Below, in pieces: positions 1 to 19,499 of a stretch of DNA of 64,000 nucleotides. Each line of letters starts with the position of its first letter. The stretch's first letter is position 1. The stretch is from contig JAQGDQ010000212.1 of the NCBI GenBank assembly GCA_030141605.1, forward strand, positions 318,769 through 382,768, in the 5' to 3' direction. Origin of the DNA: Tubiluchus corallicola (taxonomy: Eukaryota > Animalia > Priapulida). Under the pieces are notes generated by a model. It saw nothing but the letters and a program-made list of their open reading frames with translations, ran no database searches and was not told where the DNA came from. Made by a program: the position numbers and the translations under genes.

Positions 1-307
1 ACTTACATTTTATTTTGTTGCGTACAGAGCATGCGATAGCAGTAATGCTGTATAAAACTTTACATTTGTAAATTTAAACTTCCGCAATAACGGTTAGTTG
101 CAGCCATTGTGTCAGAAAATCGCTTGAAACAAGTATAGATAACATTGCATAAAGTGTGAAAAATAATCAGAGCATTTGTAGCACACTGTTCACAAGCGGA
201 GAACCATTCATAGAATTTGGAAATGAATTCCGTATGAACAATCCGATTTGAAAAAATGTCCAAACTGCTTTTTATTTGTCCTTTGAATTAACCTTATTTC
301 GCAAGTA

Positions 308-562
308 AATGTAATTGCATCAAAATGGAATTTATTGGCAACTGGTTTCGATGAAAGGTGCTCATTATCAAGGCATCTAAGACAAAGAAATTTACCAGAA
401 TTTAGAAACAACAATTCTTGGCGGAGTGGTTATTAACTACTGAATTGTATTTTGATGTTGTTTCTAATTTCTAGCAAATTTCTTTGTTTTAGATGCCTTG
501 ACAATGAACAGTTTTGTTCGAAACCGGTCGGCAATAAATTCCATTTAGATGTATTTGTACAT
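308..562. repeat. Imperfect inverted repeat (~90-100 bp arms), fold-back/MITE-like
   Basis: 323-413 is close to the reverse complement of 456-546. Confidence 0.75.
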
Positions 563-576
563 AACGAACATTGCAG

Positions 577-2921
577 AATCGAAGGAATTACATCTCCCAC
601 ATAGCTGAATTTCTGGAAATTGACTTATCAGAGGGTAAACTAGACGTGGTTGCAGAAGCGACAAGTTTCGATTCTATGAGAAAGTTTGTTGATGACAATG
701 TCATGAACTTGGCACTTAAAGCATTCGGTGCAGAAAGTACTGACCCAGATGAATTCAACAATGACCTGAGCATTTCCCATTTTATTAGAAGAGGTAAGTA
801 AAGAGTATGAGTTTGCTGATATCTATATAGCATACACTCAATTTAATAATACGGTGTTGTCCTTGTGAATTTGATTGTTTGTTGTTTATTAGACAAAAAC
901 ACCATTACAATTACATAAGATATACTACCTACAATTATACAAACTGAAAACAAAAGTTACTACAATTTCTTGTCAAGTAAGCAGGCAAATATTAGTGAAC
1001 AAATGATGTAACTGCTTGCAGCTGAGCTAAAAGCTGGAACTTGGAAATCCAAACTACAGTGCATGGTGTGTTCTTAGGTGTTAGAGGCAGGACAAAAGAG
1101 GTGCGCAATGAAAAGAGATGCCTTTAGGATAAAATTAGGGTGTAAGTAAGTAACGCAGGTAGAGTAGAAAAAAAAGCTAAAATTTATTAAAAAAAGTAAA
1201 AAAAACGATGAGGTGATAATGATGAAAATGCAGTGAAATGGCTAGAGCATGAAAAGCCATTTATGTATACTGGGACGGACTGTGGGTGGCAACTAACTTG
1301 ATGAACACAATATGCCAAGAAAAGTTGAAGACCAAATCCCCATAATATATACTTAAGAAATGCGTTTTCATCTCCTTCTTAAATCTAGGTTGACATGATA
1401 CTGTTCTAATATTACAAGAAATGGAATTCCAATCATTGGGACTTACAAAAGCAATGAATCGTATATGGGCCTACAACTGAAAATCCAAAAACATGGATCA
1501 GCATTGGAAATTCGATACGTGTGCTGCTGCTATTAAGAAAAGAATCGACCAAAAAATGGTAGAAGCATGAAGTTCGGCATAATATTTCCCACACCACACC
1601 TGCTCACTACTATTTCCTAGACCACACCTGCTCACTACTATTTCCTAGACCACACCTGCTCACTACTATTTGCTAAACCACACGTGCTCACTACTATTTC
1701 CTATACCATACCTGATCACAACTATTTCCTATACCACACCGGCTCACTACTATTTCCTAGACCACACGTGCTCACTGCTATTTCCTAGACCACACCTGCT
1801 CACTGCTGTTTCCTAGTCCACACCTGCTCACTGCTATTTCCTAGACCATACCTGCTCACTACTATTTGCTAGAACATACCTGCTCACTACTATTTCCTAT
1901 ACTATACCTGCTCACTACTATTTCCTAGTCCACACCTGCTCACTGCTGTTTCCTAGATCACACGTGCTCACTGCTATTTCCTAGACCACACCTGCTCACT
2001 ACATTGAATGATCGATGAACGATGATAACTTGAGCTGTAAAAGTGTATCTAATAAAATATAAATTTATATCCCAAAAACCAAAAAGTACATCAAAATGCT
2101 CAAAAATACCAAAAAAAACAGCCAACTACAAATATCGTTATGCAAAACGTAACGATTGTATATCAATCTAAACGTACTAGAGTCGATGCTGACTGATGTA
2201 ACAACAAGCAAACAGGACCTGATTTAGCCCTTCGGGCCCGGGGCACTTAACATTATGAGGTCCTCTACATAAATGTTAATTTTCATGGCAAATAGAACAA
2301 TGAATTGAAATGAATAATAAACCGCATGTCTTCCAAACAAATAATATTATGTTAGCTGCGACGTAAACTTCTGACTTTATTGTTTGCAATTTTATTGACT
2401 GTAAGAATAATTAGTAGTAATTTATTGATTTTTGGCCGATAGGGCCAATCAAACAACAAGCATCATGCAGCAAAATTTTGCATACAAATGCGAACAAACA
2501 GCACATTGAATAGTGACATCATGAGATTGCATCATACAACTTAGTTGTCATCAATATTTAAAAAGTAAAAGTCTGGAATAGAACGTGTGATTGTATTTAC
2601 AAGGAGGTTCACACTAAATAACAGCTGAGCAAGATAATAATCAAGTTTAGTTTTTGCATTTCTATTTACGATTCTTTTTGATAAAAGAAGTCGCCCAGGG
2701 ACCCTCTAGTTGGGGACTCGGGACAGTTTCTCTTATCCCACGCCCTATGAATCGGGCTCTGCGGGCAAGAACGTTTAAGTGTGGTCTGTTATCACTGTAT
2801 GTTTTCAGGAAAAGTTGGTGACTGGAAAAACTATTTTAGCGTCGCAGAAAGTGAAATGTTCGACAAACTGTACAAGGACAAAATGGCGGAAAATGAACGA
2901 CTCGAGTTTGAATTTGAGTAA
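577..2921 (+). CDS. Cytosolic sulfotransferase (SULT1-like), paralogue 1; only the last two exons are in the window (577-793, 2809-2921)
   Basis: The exons have AG/GT ends and join in phase 1 to give ...[15 protein letters not shown]..., the SULT RxGxxGDWKNxF PAPS-binding motif. Stop TAA at 2919-2921. Clearly paralogous to exons 5-6 of the gene at 4852-11661. Confidence 0.9.
1345..1560 (-). mobile_element. Degenerate 3' end of a CR1/L2-type LINE ORF2
   Basis: Minus strand translates to ..SPNDWNSISCNIRTVSCQPRFKKEMKTHFL.., resembling the WNSLP..IR..FKK.LK C-terminus of CR1-group ORF2. Confidence 0.45.
1592..2002. repeat. 28-bp minisatellite, ~14-15 copies (cacacctgctcactactatttcctagac)
   Basis: Head-to-tail units with point variants and no spacers, inside a SULT intron. 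Confidence 0.95.
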
Positions 2922-3476
2922 AATACTTAGTTTTAATAGACTTTTGTTGAGTCGTTTTTATAACATAATATAATAGATCTTATATTAAAAATATGTAGTA
3001 AATCGTGTAAAGTTAGTCGGTGAAAATACTTTTGCCTTAATATGAATTTTAGTATCATAATCTGTAATTTCACTTTTCGATAATCAGCTTATATGACAAG
3101 CCACTTCTTTTATTATACATTGTACGAATAGGTTGATATATATGTCTTTTGGAATCAGCGCCATCTACTGATCAAAGTTGCAAACTCACTGTTCCCTTTA
3201 TACGTATGCTTCTTTACAGGCATGGCAATATTAACTCAAACTTTTATGTAATAGTACTAATGGGCCAGGATTTGTCTATTAAACTGCGGAAATTACAATT
3301 ACTCTTACAATTACAATTTTGAAGAATTACCTTTAATAACATAAAGGTAATTTTTCGAAATCAGTTGAATACGTCTCGTGGATTTTTGTCATGCAGTTTC
3401 TTTTGCATAATTAGTTTCGCAAAAGGCCAATCACGTGCTTGAAAGTGTACATAAACTTGTAATCAAATACGTGAGA

Positions 3477-3682
3477 TAACCATTTTTCATGAATCAGCAC
3501 GTTTATTAAGCACAGATGATCGTTTTGGCTTATCAATAATTTTCAATGCTATAAATCAAGCCAAAAGGATCACTATGGCTTTTTTGGATTAATTTATAGA
3601 ATTGAAAATGACTGCTAAGTAGAAACGATCGTTTACGCTTATTAATGCTGTTAGATGTAATCAATAATAGTAAAAATGGTTA
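3477..3682. repeat. Imperfect palindrome / fold-back element between the SULT paralogues
   Basis: The left arm (cagcac..gatcgtttt..attttcaatgctataaat..ccaaaag) pairs with the reverse complement of the right arm; outer ends taaccattttt / aaaaatggtta. Confidence 0.6.
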
Positions 3683-3817
3683 TTATTATTAGTTTATTAT
3701 TTAATTAGGTTCTCTAAATGTTGTGTGAACATGAAAATATTGTAGGCCCTATGCATGTAAATTTTATGTATGTGCCATATGATGCATCATTTCCAATACA
3801 ACTACACATTTTAAAGG

Positions 3818-4245
3818 TTGCTCAATAATGCATTTCATAGGCTCTTCAACAGCTTGGGAAGATGCACCACAAGTGAAAAATTTGTAAATTTTAATATTCC
3901 TAACTATGATGCTATTACAATAAAGATAACAGGATCATTTATACATGAACTGACAGAACTACCTAATCATATTTTTGATAAACTGTATGCTTACTCATCA
4001 TATAGTAAAACAATTGTATATGGACGTATTAGTACAGACTATATTTTGCCTTGTGTAAACAACATTTTTTATCTTTTTAAATAGGTAGCTTTTATTGTGT
4101 TTTCTGTCTGGGCACGTATGTATATATGTAAATATTTTAGTAGCGTCTATTATGATTTTTATGATCTACCTGGGGATTGAGAGAATTTTATATAATGCTA
4201 TGTACTTTTCAAAGGACAAAATAAAGTTAAAATAAATAAATAACT
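3818..4245 (+). mobile_element. Possible decayed LINE 3' end
   Basis: The ORF weakly resembles the C-terminal region of the LINE at 53586-53804 and is followed by an aataaa-rich tail. Confidence 0.3.
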
Positions 4246-4851
4246 GATAAATTAGTACCTTTTTAGATGGGCGTTTAGGTTGGCATGCAGTCGTTTAGAC
4301 ATTCATTACCTGTATCTTATATGCTAATTTCTTGCTATAAACTTTTACATACTTTTAAGATTGAGTTGTCGGTTATAAAAAGATTGTTGCAACAAAGTGT
4401 AAAAGCTTGCGTTTTCAAATTTCACCTGTAGATTGTACAACGTTTTTGACAACAGTCAATGTTAAATTTTACATATTAGGTTTGATTTGTTGAATATGTA
4501 AGGATTTACTATGACAAATAGTTAGCAACCTTTTACTTATACAGTGGCTTCGTCTTATCTTCTTTATATGTAGTACATTAGAGTGGAGAAGTGCACACAA
4601 CGCACAGTGGCTCCATCTTGTCTTCTCTATATGTACTATATTATAAAAAGAACTGTACATACAATATTCATACACTGCAACACCTACATGAGAAAAACAA
4701 ACAAACATTACCATTCGCGCTATCACTTAAAATTACATTTTTATAATTCATTCATACGACGTACTATAAAATAAGCATCAAAGTCCATACACAAGAGCAA
4801 AGTGGAGCGAAGATTTTCATGTACTGAAAAGTAAGTTGGACACGAGTCAAA

Positions 4852-11661
<6,810 letters not shown>

Positions 11662-12264
11662 AATAGTGCCACTCAGTGATAATAGCATTTTGTTGAGCTG
11701 TTCTTATATTAGTAAGTATGCAGTAAAGTTATTTTGTGAAAATATTTTTGTCTTAATATGAATTTTAGTATCATGATGTGTAATTTTGCTGTTTAATAAT
11801 TACGTAGACAGCCTCAAATTACTCTCACATTGCAGTGTGCGAATTGTCTGAAATACCTGGCGGAACACTTAACCAACGCGACCTACTAAGCAAAACTGCA
11901 TGTTCGTTGTACTTTTACCATTTAAATTATTACTTATTGTACATTTCCACTTGCTGCTTTACAACTTTATTCTGTTAATTCACGTAAACAAAACAAAATA
12001 AAAACATGTTTCATTACACCAACGTGAACTGTTTAAAAGTGTTTATAATATAAAATCAAAAAGAGCATTTTCGTTGTTGTTTGTACTTCATCTTTTTCCC
12101 ATGAAAAAGGCACCTACATAAGTACGATTTTCATTACTATTATTATAAACATATTTAAGGATTACAACAATCATATATTAGTTCTGCTGGTATATATATA
12201 TATACCACATATATATATATACAACATATATATATATCGCATATATTAATTCTACTGGTATAAG

Positions 12265-12660
12265 ATTCGACGACGGCACCATTTGCGGCGATCTATACAT
12301 CAAACGAAAGGTCTCGATCTAGTGTGGGTGCCATTGGAGGTTTATTTTTCGAATCGTGCCCACAGGGACGAACAGGGGGCAAAAATCCTCCAAAAATGGC
12401 CATTTTCGGCCGTTTTTTGCAAAAGTTATACGTCTGAGATCTGGAGAACGGGAACGGGCCATGGGTGGTGCTGGGTATGGATAGATAGCCCGTTCAGCGG
12501 TGGGTGTCATAGGCGTATTTAGAATTTGCGAGAGGGCCACAGCATCCCGCAACGGGCGATTTCCCGGATCCAACTCGCGGTTTTTTCGAAATTTTGACCA
12601 AACAGCATGCGGAAAAAACGTTCTAGCGGCGCCTGGTGGGACTCTTGGAAGGAGATATGG
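12265..12660. repeat. GC-richer interspersed repeat; copies at ~28303-28650 and ~43527-43875, diverged copy at ~56255-56610
   Basis: Shared blocks ggtctcgatctagtgt..aaaaatcctccaaaaatggcc..gatagatagcccgttcagcg..ggcgcctggtgggactc; no coherent ORF. Confidence 0.8.
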
Positions 12661-12754
12661 GCAAAGCCATTGTTTTGACGTCATCAATTATACTCTGCCT
12701 ATAGCTTTAATTCAGTAAAAGCTGCTGCTACTGGCTTTGCGTTATAAGTGACAA

Positions 12755-13680
12755 GATGTTCAACAGATGTTAAATTGGTACACGTGCACCAGGCGTTAGA
12801 ATAGTACACATTCTATAGGTGTTAGACTGGTACACCTTCAAATAGGTGTTAAAGTGGTACACGCTCAACAGATGCTAGACTGATACACATTTGTCGCTTA
12901 TTGTACGCGATTGTGGTATTATGTAATCTATTTAATTGTCAGTTTTCTACAAATGTTTTTTAGCTGCAGCCTCAATATGCCTCCTCATCTCCTCGTTTCC
13001 ATGACTACTGAAAATTAGAAAGTTTGGAAGAGAAGCAACTAGTGAGCTTAATGTATTCTGCTATATAAGAAGCCAAGTAGATTTGATTTTGGTTTAACAT
13101 GTAGAGTATAGGTGACCTTTGCATGAATTAATGTACCTTCTAATAGGAACTTGTATGTCTGGTCATGTGATTAGAGCTTTATTCTCCCAGGCATGCAAGT
13201 TCCAGTTGGTCTTGAGACAGCATTTGGATAGGTTGAAAGTTTTCTACTGTAGTGGTATCATAATGTGTCATAAAAGTTTATAATCTGTGAACATTGTACA
13301 TTTTGCAATAATTTTGTTACAAGTTTTTTACAACATTCAACACGTGTTAGACTGGTATATGTTCAAAAGATGTTAAACTGGTACACCTTCAAACAGGTGT
13401 TAAACTGGTACACGCTCAACAGATGTTAAACTGGTACACGTGCAACAGGCGTTAGAATAGTACACATTCTATAGGTGTTAGACTGGTACACCTTCAAATA
13501 GGTGTTAAAGTGGTACACGCTCAACAGATGCTAGACTGGTACACATTCAACACTTGTTAGACTGGTATATGTTCAAAAGATGTTAAACTGGTACACGTGC
13601 AACAGGCGTTAGACTAGTGCACGTTCAACTGGTGCTAGACTGGTACACGTTTAACAGGTGTTGGACTGGTACACGTTTGC
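12755..13680. repeat. 26-bp minisatellite (aacaggtgttagactggtacacgttc-like) in two blocks, 12755-12890 and 13335-13680
   Basis: Tandem degenerate units; homologous arrays at 29270-29520 and 44490-45058. Confidence 0.9.
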
Positions 13681-16600
13681 GATAAAGACTATAAAAATTA
13701 TTCAAATGGTTATGTTAAATTTCATCCTCCTACTTCGAATTTAGAGCTACTTTTAACAGAAAATTAAACATAAATTTTATTCGACATTTTTAAAAGATTT
13801 ATTTTTTCTTTTTTTATTTACAATTGTTGCATGTGTGCTGTTCTGTGATTCCCTGAAATGAAATAAAACGAATAAACAAATAAACGTCCAGAAATTTTGA
13901 TCGTTTTGATATGTCAACTGGCAGGTACAGCTCGTAGTCAGGCGTCAAAATTTTTAATTTGAAAAAAGTTTGTTGACAATAATTTGTTACGGTCCTGATA
14001 ACAAAGCCCAAAAAAATGTTGGAGCAGGCGGAGGATATGTATTAAAATAATGGTGATGTTGTCAGTGATCAAATTAATCTGTTTGCAGCTAGATAAGAAC
14101 AAGAGAGCAAAAGAAAGGCTTCCTTGGTCGACCGACTGGCTCTACTGACGAGGATAATTGTCTCATTTAGAGGACAGATATATGTGTAAAGTTTGTCCGG
14201 ATCACTACCATTTCGACTAATTACGCAGTCGAAATTAGGCTGAATTTTTTTCTCTTCAACTATCCATTCCATTACACAGTTGCAGACAAACTTGGTTTCT
14301 GTAACAAGAAAGTTTTTAAACCAGGTAATGAGTTGGAAGGAATAAAGATAGAAAATAAGAAGCAGGATCACTACGCCACATCTCAAACTAAGCATACAGA
14401 CAGACATACAGATAGACATGAAAATCCCGTATGTCACTAGCTAGCAGGCCAGAAACTGGACATTTTGCTAAATATCGTACCTAACTGAAAGCGTTCAGTT
14501 TTGTGTACTGTGTTTCCTATCGGTAAAACATGTCAAAAATGTGAAAACTGTAAAAACTAGTTCTCGTTGACAAATGCGTGGTTTGTTTGATATCTCGCAC
14601 TTCCTATTATCTGACAATAAATGACAAAACTTATAAGTACCCACTGACGTATGCTGTGGTAACAAGTTTACCACAAATTATCCATACACTCAAAAACAAT
14701 AATATTTAGCTGAAATTCAACTGGAATAACTCCCTGATGTTCGCATGACACGTGCGCATATCTGAACCCGGGTTAGCGCGGGGAGGGGGGTTACTAAATA
14801 AATAAAAATAAATTGTTTGAAATGTGACTAATTTCGAAATAAACTTCTTGGTTCTTGTTGTGCAGTGTTTAATTAACCTTAAAAAAACAAAAACAAATGT
14901 TAGTACTAGTTGACAATATTTCTGACGTGGCCAGAAACTCAAGATTTTGCAACAATGGTTACAAATTTGAGCCTTAAAAATGAAGAGATGACAGTTTTTC
15001 TTGAAACAGCTTATTCTCTTTTATTGAATTCACCTTGCTTGAATACATAGGAAGTGCATTTCATAATGAAACCTCAGCCCATCAACCACGGGTCTAAGGC
15101 CAACCAATCTCGGCATAACTCATATCATTCAGTTTGTCCCATTGAGACCTTTCATTTGATGTACAACATGCATGCTAGATCTTGGAATACTTTTGGTAGA
15201 CCCCGGAAAGCATTTGTCTCTTCGAACCCTTTTTTCCCCAATAAGGTCACAGGTTAACGACTCACACTGTAACCTATACCATTCGATTCGCCTCATCAAG
15301 ACCTTTCATTTGATGTGTTACATGGTACTATTCGTTAGACACTCGATGAATTTCTGTTCCTGACCCCTACTGGGGTCAAAGATCAACTAGTTTCGGCATA
15401 ATTTAAACCATTCGGTTTGTCCCTTGTCCCATCGAGACCTTTCATTTGATATGCTACAAGCTAGTTCCGGTCGAACACGTCAAACAACTTTGGCATGGTA
15501 ACTATATGCCAAATATTGTGGCCCTAGCTCAAAAACTATGGGAGCAGATGGATCCTAAAGAAAATAAATGAAGAAATGACTGCTCCGTGACCTTTCACCC
15601 GGCAACTCGGGTGACATGTATGCGTGGATACCTTTGCTCTGAATGTACTCTGTGGGTTTTGTATCTCTAGCCTTCAGCATGCAAAAGGTCACCAATTTAG
15701 GGACCCAAATTTTGCATTTTGGCCCTTCACTTGGGCGTTTAAAGCTTGTCGGCTTTTTAAAACCCCAGGTGCACATCTACACTACAGTACCCAAATACTT
15801 GTGAAAAAAATGGAAAAAACGAAAGCAATAGGAGTTGAATCAAGGAAAAACTGACTAACGCCCATGTCCTTCGCCCTTGACCAGTGGTCAGCGGTCAACA
15901 TGCTGTTGTACGCCCCCCGCCCAGGGATACCCACTCTGTGAATTTGGTGACCTTAGCTTGCAAGGCTTAACAGTTATTAAGCGTTAAAGTTGCGGAGAAT
16001 AAATAATAAATCATATGATTAATAATAACCGGGTGAAAAACAGTAATATAGTTTTCGATATAAAAATTTTCGATGTTTTACAGTCAAAAAATCACAGGAC
16101 AAATGATATTTTGGGGGAAGTCTGTCCCATATTTTTTTAGCATTCGCTCAGATTTAGGGCAATTTTCTTTCTGTCCTGGCTTGTACGCCTATGTAAGACA
16201 ATGAGTAATAACTAGGCAATAACCTGTACATAACATTTACAAAGCATAGAAAATAAACAGTACATAAAACATTTTCCAGTCCTTGCAAGAAGCAATTTCG
16301 GTTCCGTAGATATTTCATTTTTTTGAAGATGGTAGCTCTCTAAATGCGGTCCAGTGTCTTTAGTACAGGCTAATAGATTCACAATATTCGTTTCGTGCGG
16401 ATAACTAGTCAGAATACCACATTTAACGCTGGTAAACAGCCCAGAAAACGAACATTTTAGTTCAGCAGTGGCCGCCATATTGAATGCTGGAGGCCAATCC
16501 TGTCGGTAGTTTAACCAATGTGCTGGCCAGGCCCCTAGTTGCCAAAGATGAATATTTATGACGTTTTGAAGTATTTTGACAAGATTTGACAACTCAGGTT

Positions 16601-17317
16601 TACCTACACGATGCTTTTTGACGAACGTTGTTACCTATATTTTCACCCTGATGAATGCCTCTTTCAGGGGTCATTTAGAATAGGGTGGAAATTCGCTCCA
16701 TCGAAATTATCACTGCAGCATAGTGGGATGGGATGCTCTATTCACATACATATCGATATGTTTGTCCAACGCAGTGGGTGAGATATAAGACTGAAATGAC
16801 TGAGTATTTGCATCTGCATCGTATGCATAACGCGAGCTAGAAGATCCCCTGTAGAGCCGAAAGAGGGGGGTTTGGGACAAAAGTCATCAAGTCATTTTGG
16901 AGAAGATAACAAGATTCAATACTGTGCAGAGTCAGATCTATTCAAACACAGTAGTTGCTGCATGACTAATCCTTCAAATATGAGTAAAAAATAGAGAAAA
17001 ATAGGTATTTTTTCATGAATTTCGGCCTATGCCGTACCTCTGCTACTATGAGGAGTTGGGCCAAGCGGATTCATATAGTGAATACTAGTGACTAGTGGAC
17101 CTCATACGCGAACTTTGGTCTGAATCGGTTTACCTAACCTTGTGCCGTATTTTTCCGATTTTGCATGGTCTTCTCGCGGACGTGTTCTTAATTCGTTTTA
17201 CCTTAATTGTTGGCTAGTCTTATAAATTGTGTTTTTAAAATTTGCCCCAAAACAAGCAGGACAAAGATTTGAAATTATAGTTTTGCTACTAAAATTTTCT
17301 AGGAATTGCGAATATAC

Positions 17318-17987
17318 CTTTCATTTCTAGGATGACACCTCTTGTTGCATTCAGATTTCGAGGTCTTTTAGGAAGATGTATTTTAAAATTGTCAACATCA
17401 TGTAAACCGGTGTGAGCTATAACAATGTTCTTAATGTTTTGGTTTTCGGAAAGGTCTAAGTCTACTTTCTGCAGCCAAGGAGCATGTATTATTTCAAGAC
17501 GTTCCATGGATTTCACCTCTTTGAAAGCGTCTGCAGCAATCCACTGAAGCTTCTCGTTCCACATCAACTTCAGTATGGTAGCTTGAGCACAAATACGCTT
17601 TGACTCAAGAGCCTGTAACTTGGATTGAATTATCTCCAATGTACTGAAAAGCTTTTCTCTTAGATAACATTTCGGAAGTGCGTTAGGAAGTATATTGTAA
17701 AGCTGCAACTGCTTTGTCTCCGATTTCAAGTCCCTGAATATATCATAAAGGTCAGTGTCGCCTAAATTAAGCTTCTTTCCACAGGTCATTTTGCAAGGAA
17801 GTTCAATTTCATAGGAACACAGCCGATCATTGAGTTCACCGCAATGCTTTTCATCGCCCACCTCGCGTAAATGCCGTTTCAAAACATCAGACTCAAAAAA
17901 CCCTTGGAGAGCAAAACTGGAATAAGATATTGAAAGGCCAACAAAGTGAACAAACGCCATCCATAAAATGGACTGCGCATGCAACAT
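17318..17987 (-). CDS. LRR gene copy A exon 1 (signal peptide, Cys cap, LRRs)
   Basis: Hydrophobic N-terminus; LMWNEKLQWIAADAFKEV..LEIIHAPWLQKVDL..IVIAHTGL resembles glycoprotein-hormone-receptor/Trk LRRs; phase-1 donor AAG|GTATAT. Confidence 0.8.
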
Positions 17988-18188
17988 GATGAAACCAGCA
18001 AATCAACATTTCAGGGTTGAATTCTGACAGCGATGACTTTAGTTGCCTTTGAGCACGGAAGTGTGTGCAACACTTAGTGACAGAGAAAACAGCAGTTTTC
18101 GAATATTTCGATTTCCTGCGTCATAATGCAATTGCGACTGATGTAATAACAATTTGAACATAAAAGTCAAAATACTAAACACAAGAAG

Positions 18189-19157
18189 CAAAGTGTATAA
18201 AGAGGAAGTGACGAAAGCCGTCTATTGTTACGTATTTCGCTTTTGCGATTAGCGGCTATTCTGGCGGCGAATCAGTAAAAAAAATTGAGGCGCATTGACT
18301 GTAATAATAATATTCTTAAGTTCACCAATAATGTTGGCATACGCTCAATTTTGATAAGCTAAAATCACTTTTGCATTTTTAATAAAATAAGTATATCTCA
18401 ATTAAAAGCAACTATTAGTTTAAAAAACTGAAAACATTTCATGAAAAGGAAAAAAATTGTAGCAATAAGTTTGTATTATGTACTTGCAAATGCCTCTTCA
18501 GTTTTCTTGTAAGTAAAATTTTATTGTTTTTCCTGAGGAAAGAGGCTAGCTGACTGTGTAATGGGCTGCCTACTATGTAAAAAAGTAATGCATTTTTTAT
18601 TGATTCATTGATTTTTCTCTCCCTCCCTCTCTTAGAGAGGAGGGAGATACAGAAAGAGAGAGGGCGAGGAAGAGAAACGGTGAAAGTGAGGGAAAGAGAA
18701 AGAAAGAGAGACACAGCCAGAGGAGAGGGAGAGAGACAGAGACACACACACAGAGAGATTCTTCTTTTCCTTTTGTTGAAGGTTCTGCCATTTGTTTCTT
18801 GGTCATTTTATTCCAATGCGAGGTAGCGAATTTGGCACATTAAAAATTGCACCCATTTACGTGCCCTGCAAATAATTACACATATATTATATTGTAGGTT
18901 TTTATATAAATAATTCGCACACACACAACAAGTAATTGCATGATACAGTGCTTCATATATTCAATTCAATTCAAAACGTTCATTTATTTCCATATTCATA
19001 ATATAACTGAGGCAAGTAAATTTATTTAATTTTGACAATGGAAATACGGTGGTGAAAGATCAAGAGGGTCAACTAGTCAAGCCATCCTTCAATGGATGTA
19101 TGTGATTATTGGGATGACACTGTAACTATTTCAAATTTCTGTGGTTTGTATTCTTTG
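18189..19157. mobile_element. Non-autonomous DNA transposon-like insertion, possibly P superfamily, ~200 bp upstream of the copy A start codon
   Basis: Absent from copies B and C; flanked by direct repeat caagaag(c); ends caaag...ctttg; contains a GA-rich tract at 18625-18760. Confidence 0.5.
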
Positions 19158-19499
19158 CAAGAAGCTAGAGAACTGAAATTGAATATGTAAGAATAATGGC
19201 GCGCCCAGACTAGAGAGTTCTTTCGCATCTTAGATAGATGGATAGATAGATATTTTATTTCTGAAAATCAAATTTCCAACATGAGAATTACAAACTCGAC
19301 GCATACCCAATGGTTTTATCAGTGGGCAGAGCTCGGGTAATGATTTCCAGATCATACTAACAATTTGACTCAACATTGCTGCACAAGTTATATACACAGA
19401 TATACAAATTTAGTTGTAAACTCAATGAAGCGAAAAAAACTATTTACTAAGCATTTGTACACATGTGATAAACAAATATTTTACCTATATGATAATCAC

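Larger units (their letters stand above)
12661..17987 (-). pseudogene. LRR receptor-like gene copy A, truncated: exon 1 17987-17318, exon 2 14298-14150, only a ~90-bp remnant of exon 3 (12661-12750), no TM or tail exons
   Basis: Signal peptide, LRR and LRRCT exons are open and homologous to copies B and C; the downstream exons are absent before the SULT gene. Could instead be an expressed secreted form. Confidence 0.6.

Noticed and set aside
4765-4771. TATAAAA ~85 bp upstream of the SULT ATG (and gtataaat upstream of both GPCRs)
   Set aside because: Too common in AT-rich DNA to call a promoter without transcription start data.
12283-12718. Overlapping ORFs in the GC-richer repeat
   Set aside because: Frames are not conserved among the four repeat copies.
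13335-13680. 26-bp repeats (also the 28-bp repeats at 1592-2002) as a CRISPR array
   Set aside because: Units are contiguous with no unique spacers, there are no cas genes, and the context is eukaryotic introns.
16212-16592. 126-aa ORF repeated at 47944-48381
   Set aside because: It lies in intron 1, the two copies change frame relative to each other, it is missing in copy B, and it has no recognisable motif.
18439-18826. Ser/Leu- and Arg/Glu-rich ORFs
   Set aside because: They derive from a GA-rich simple repeat.
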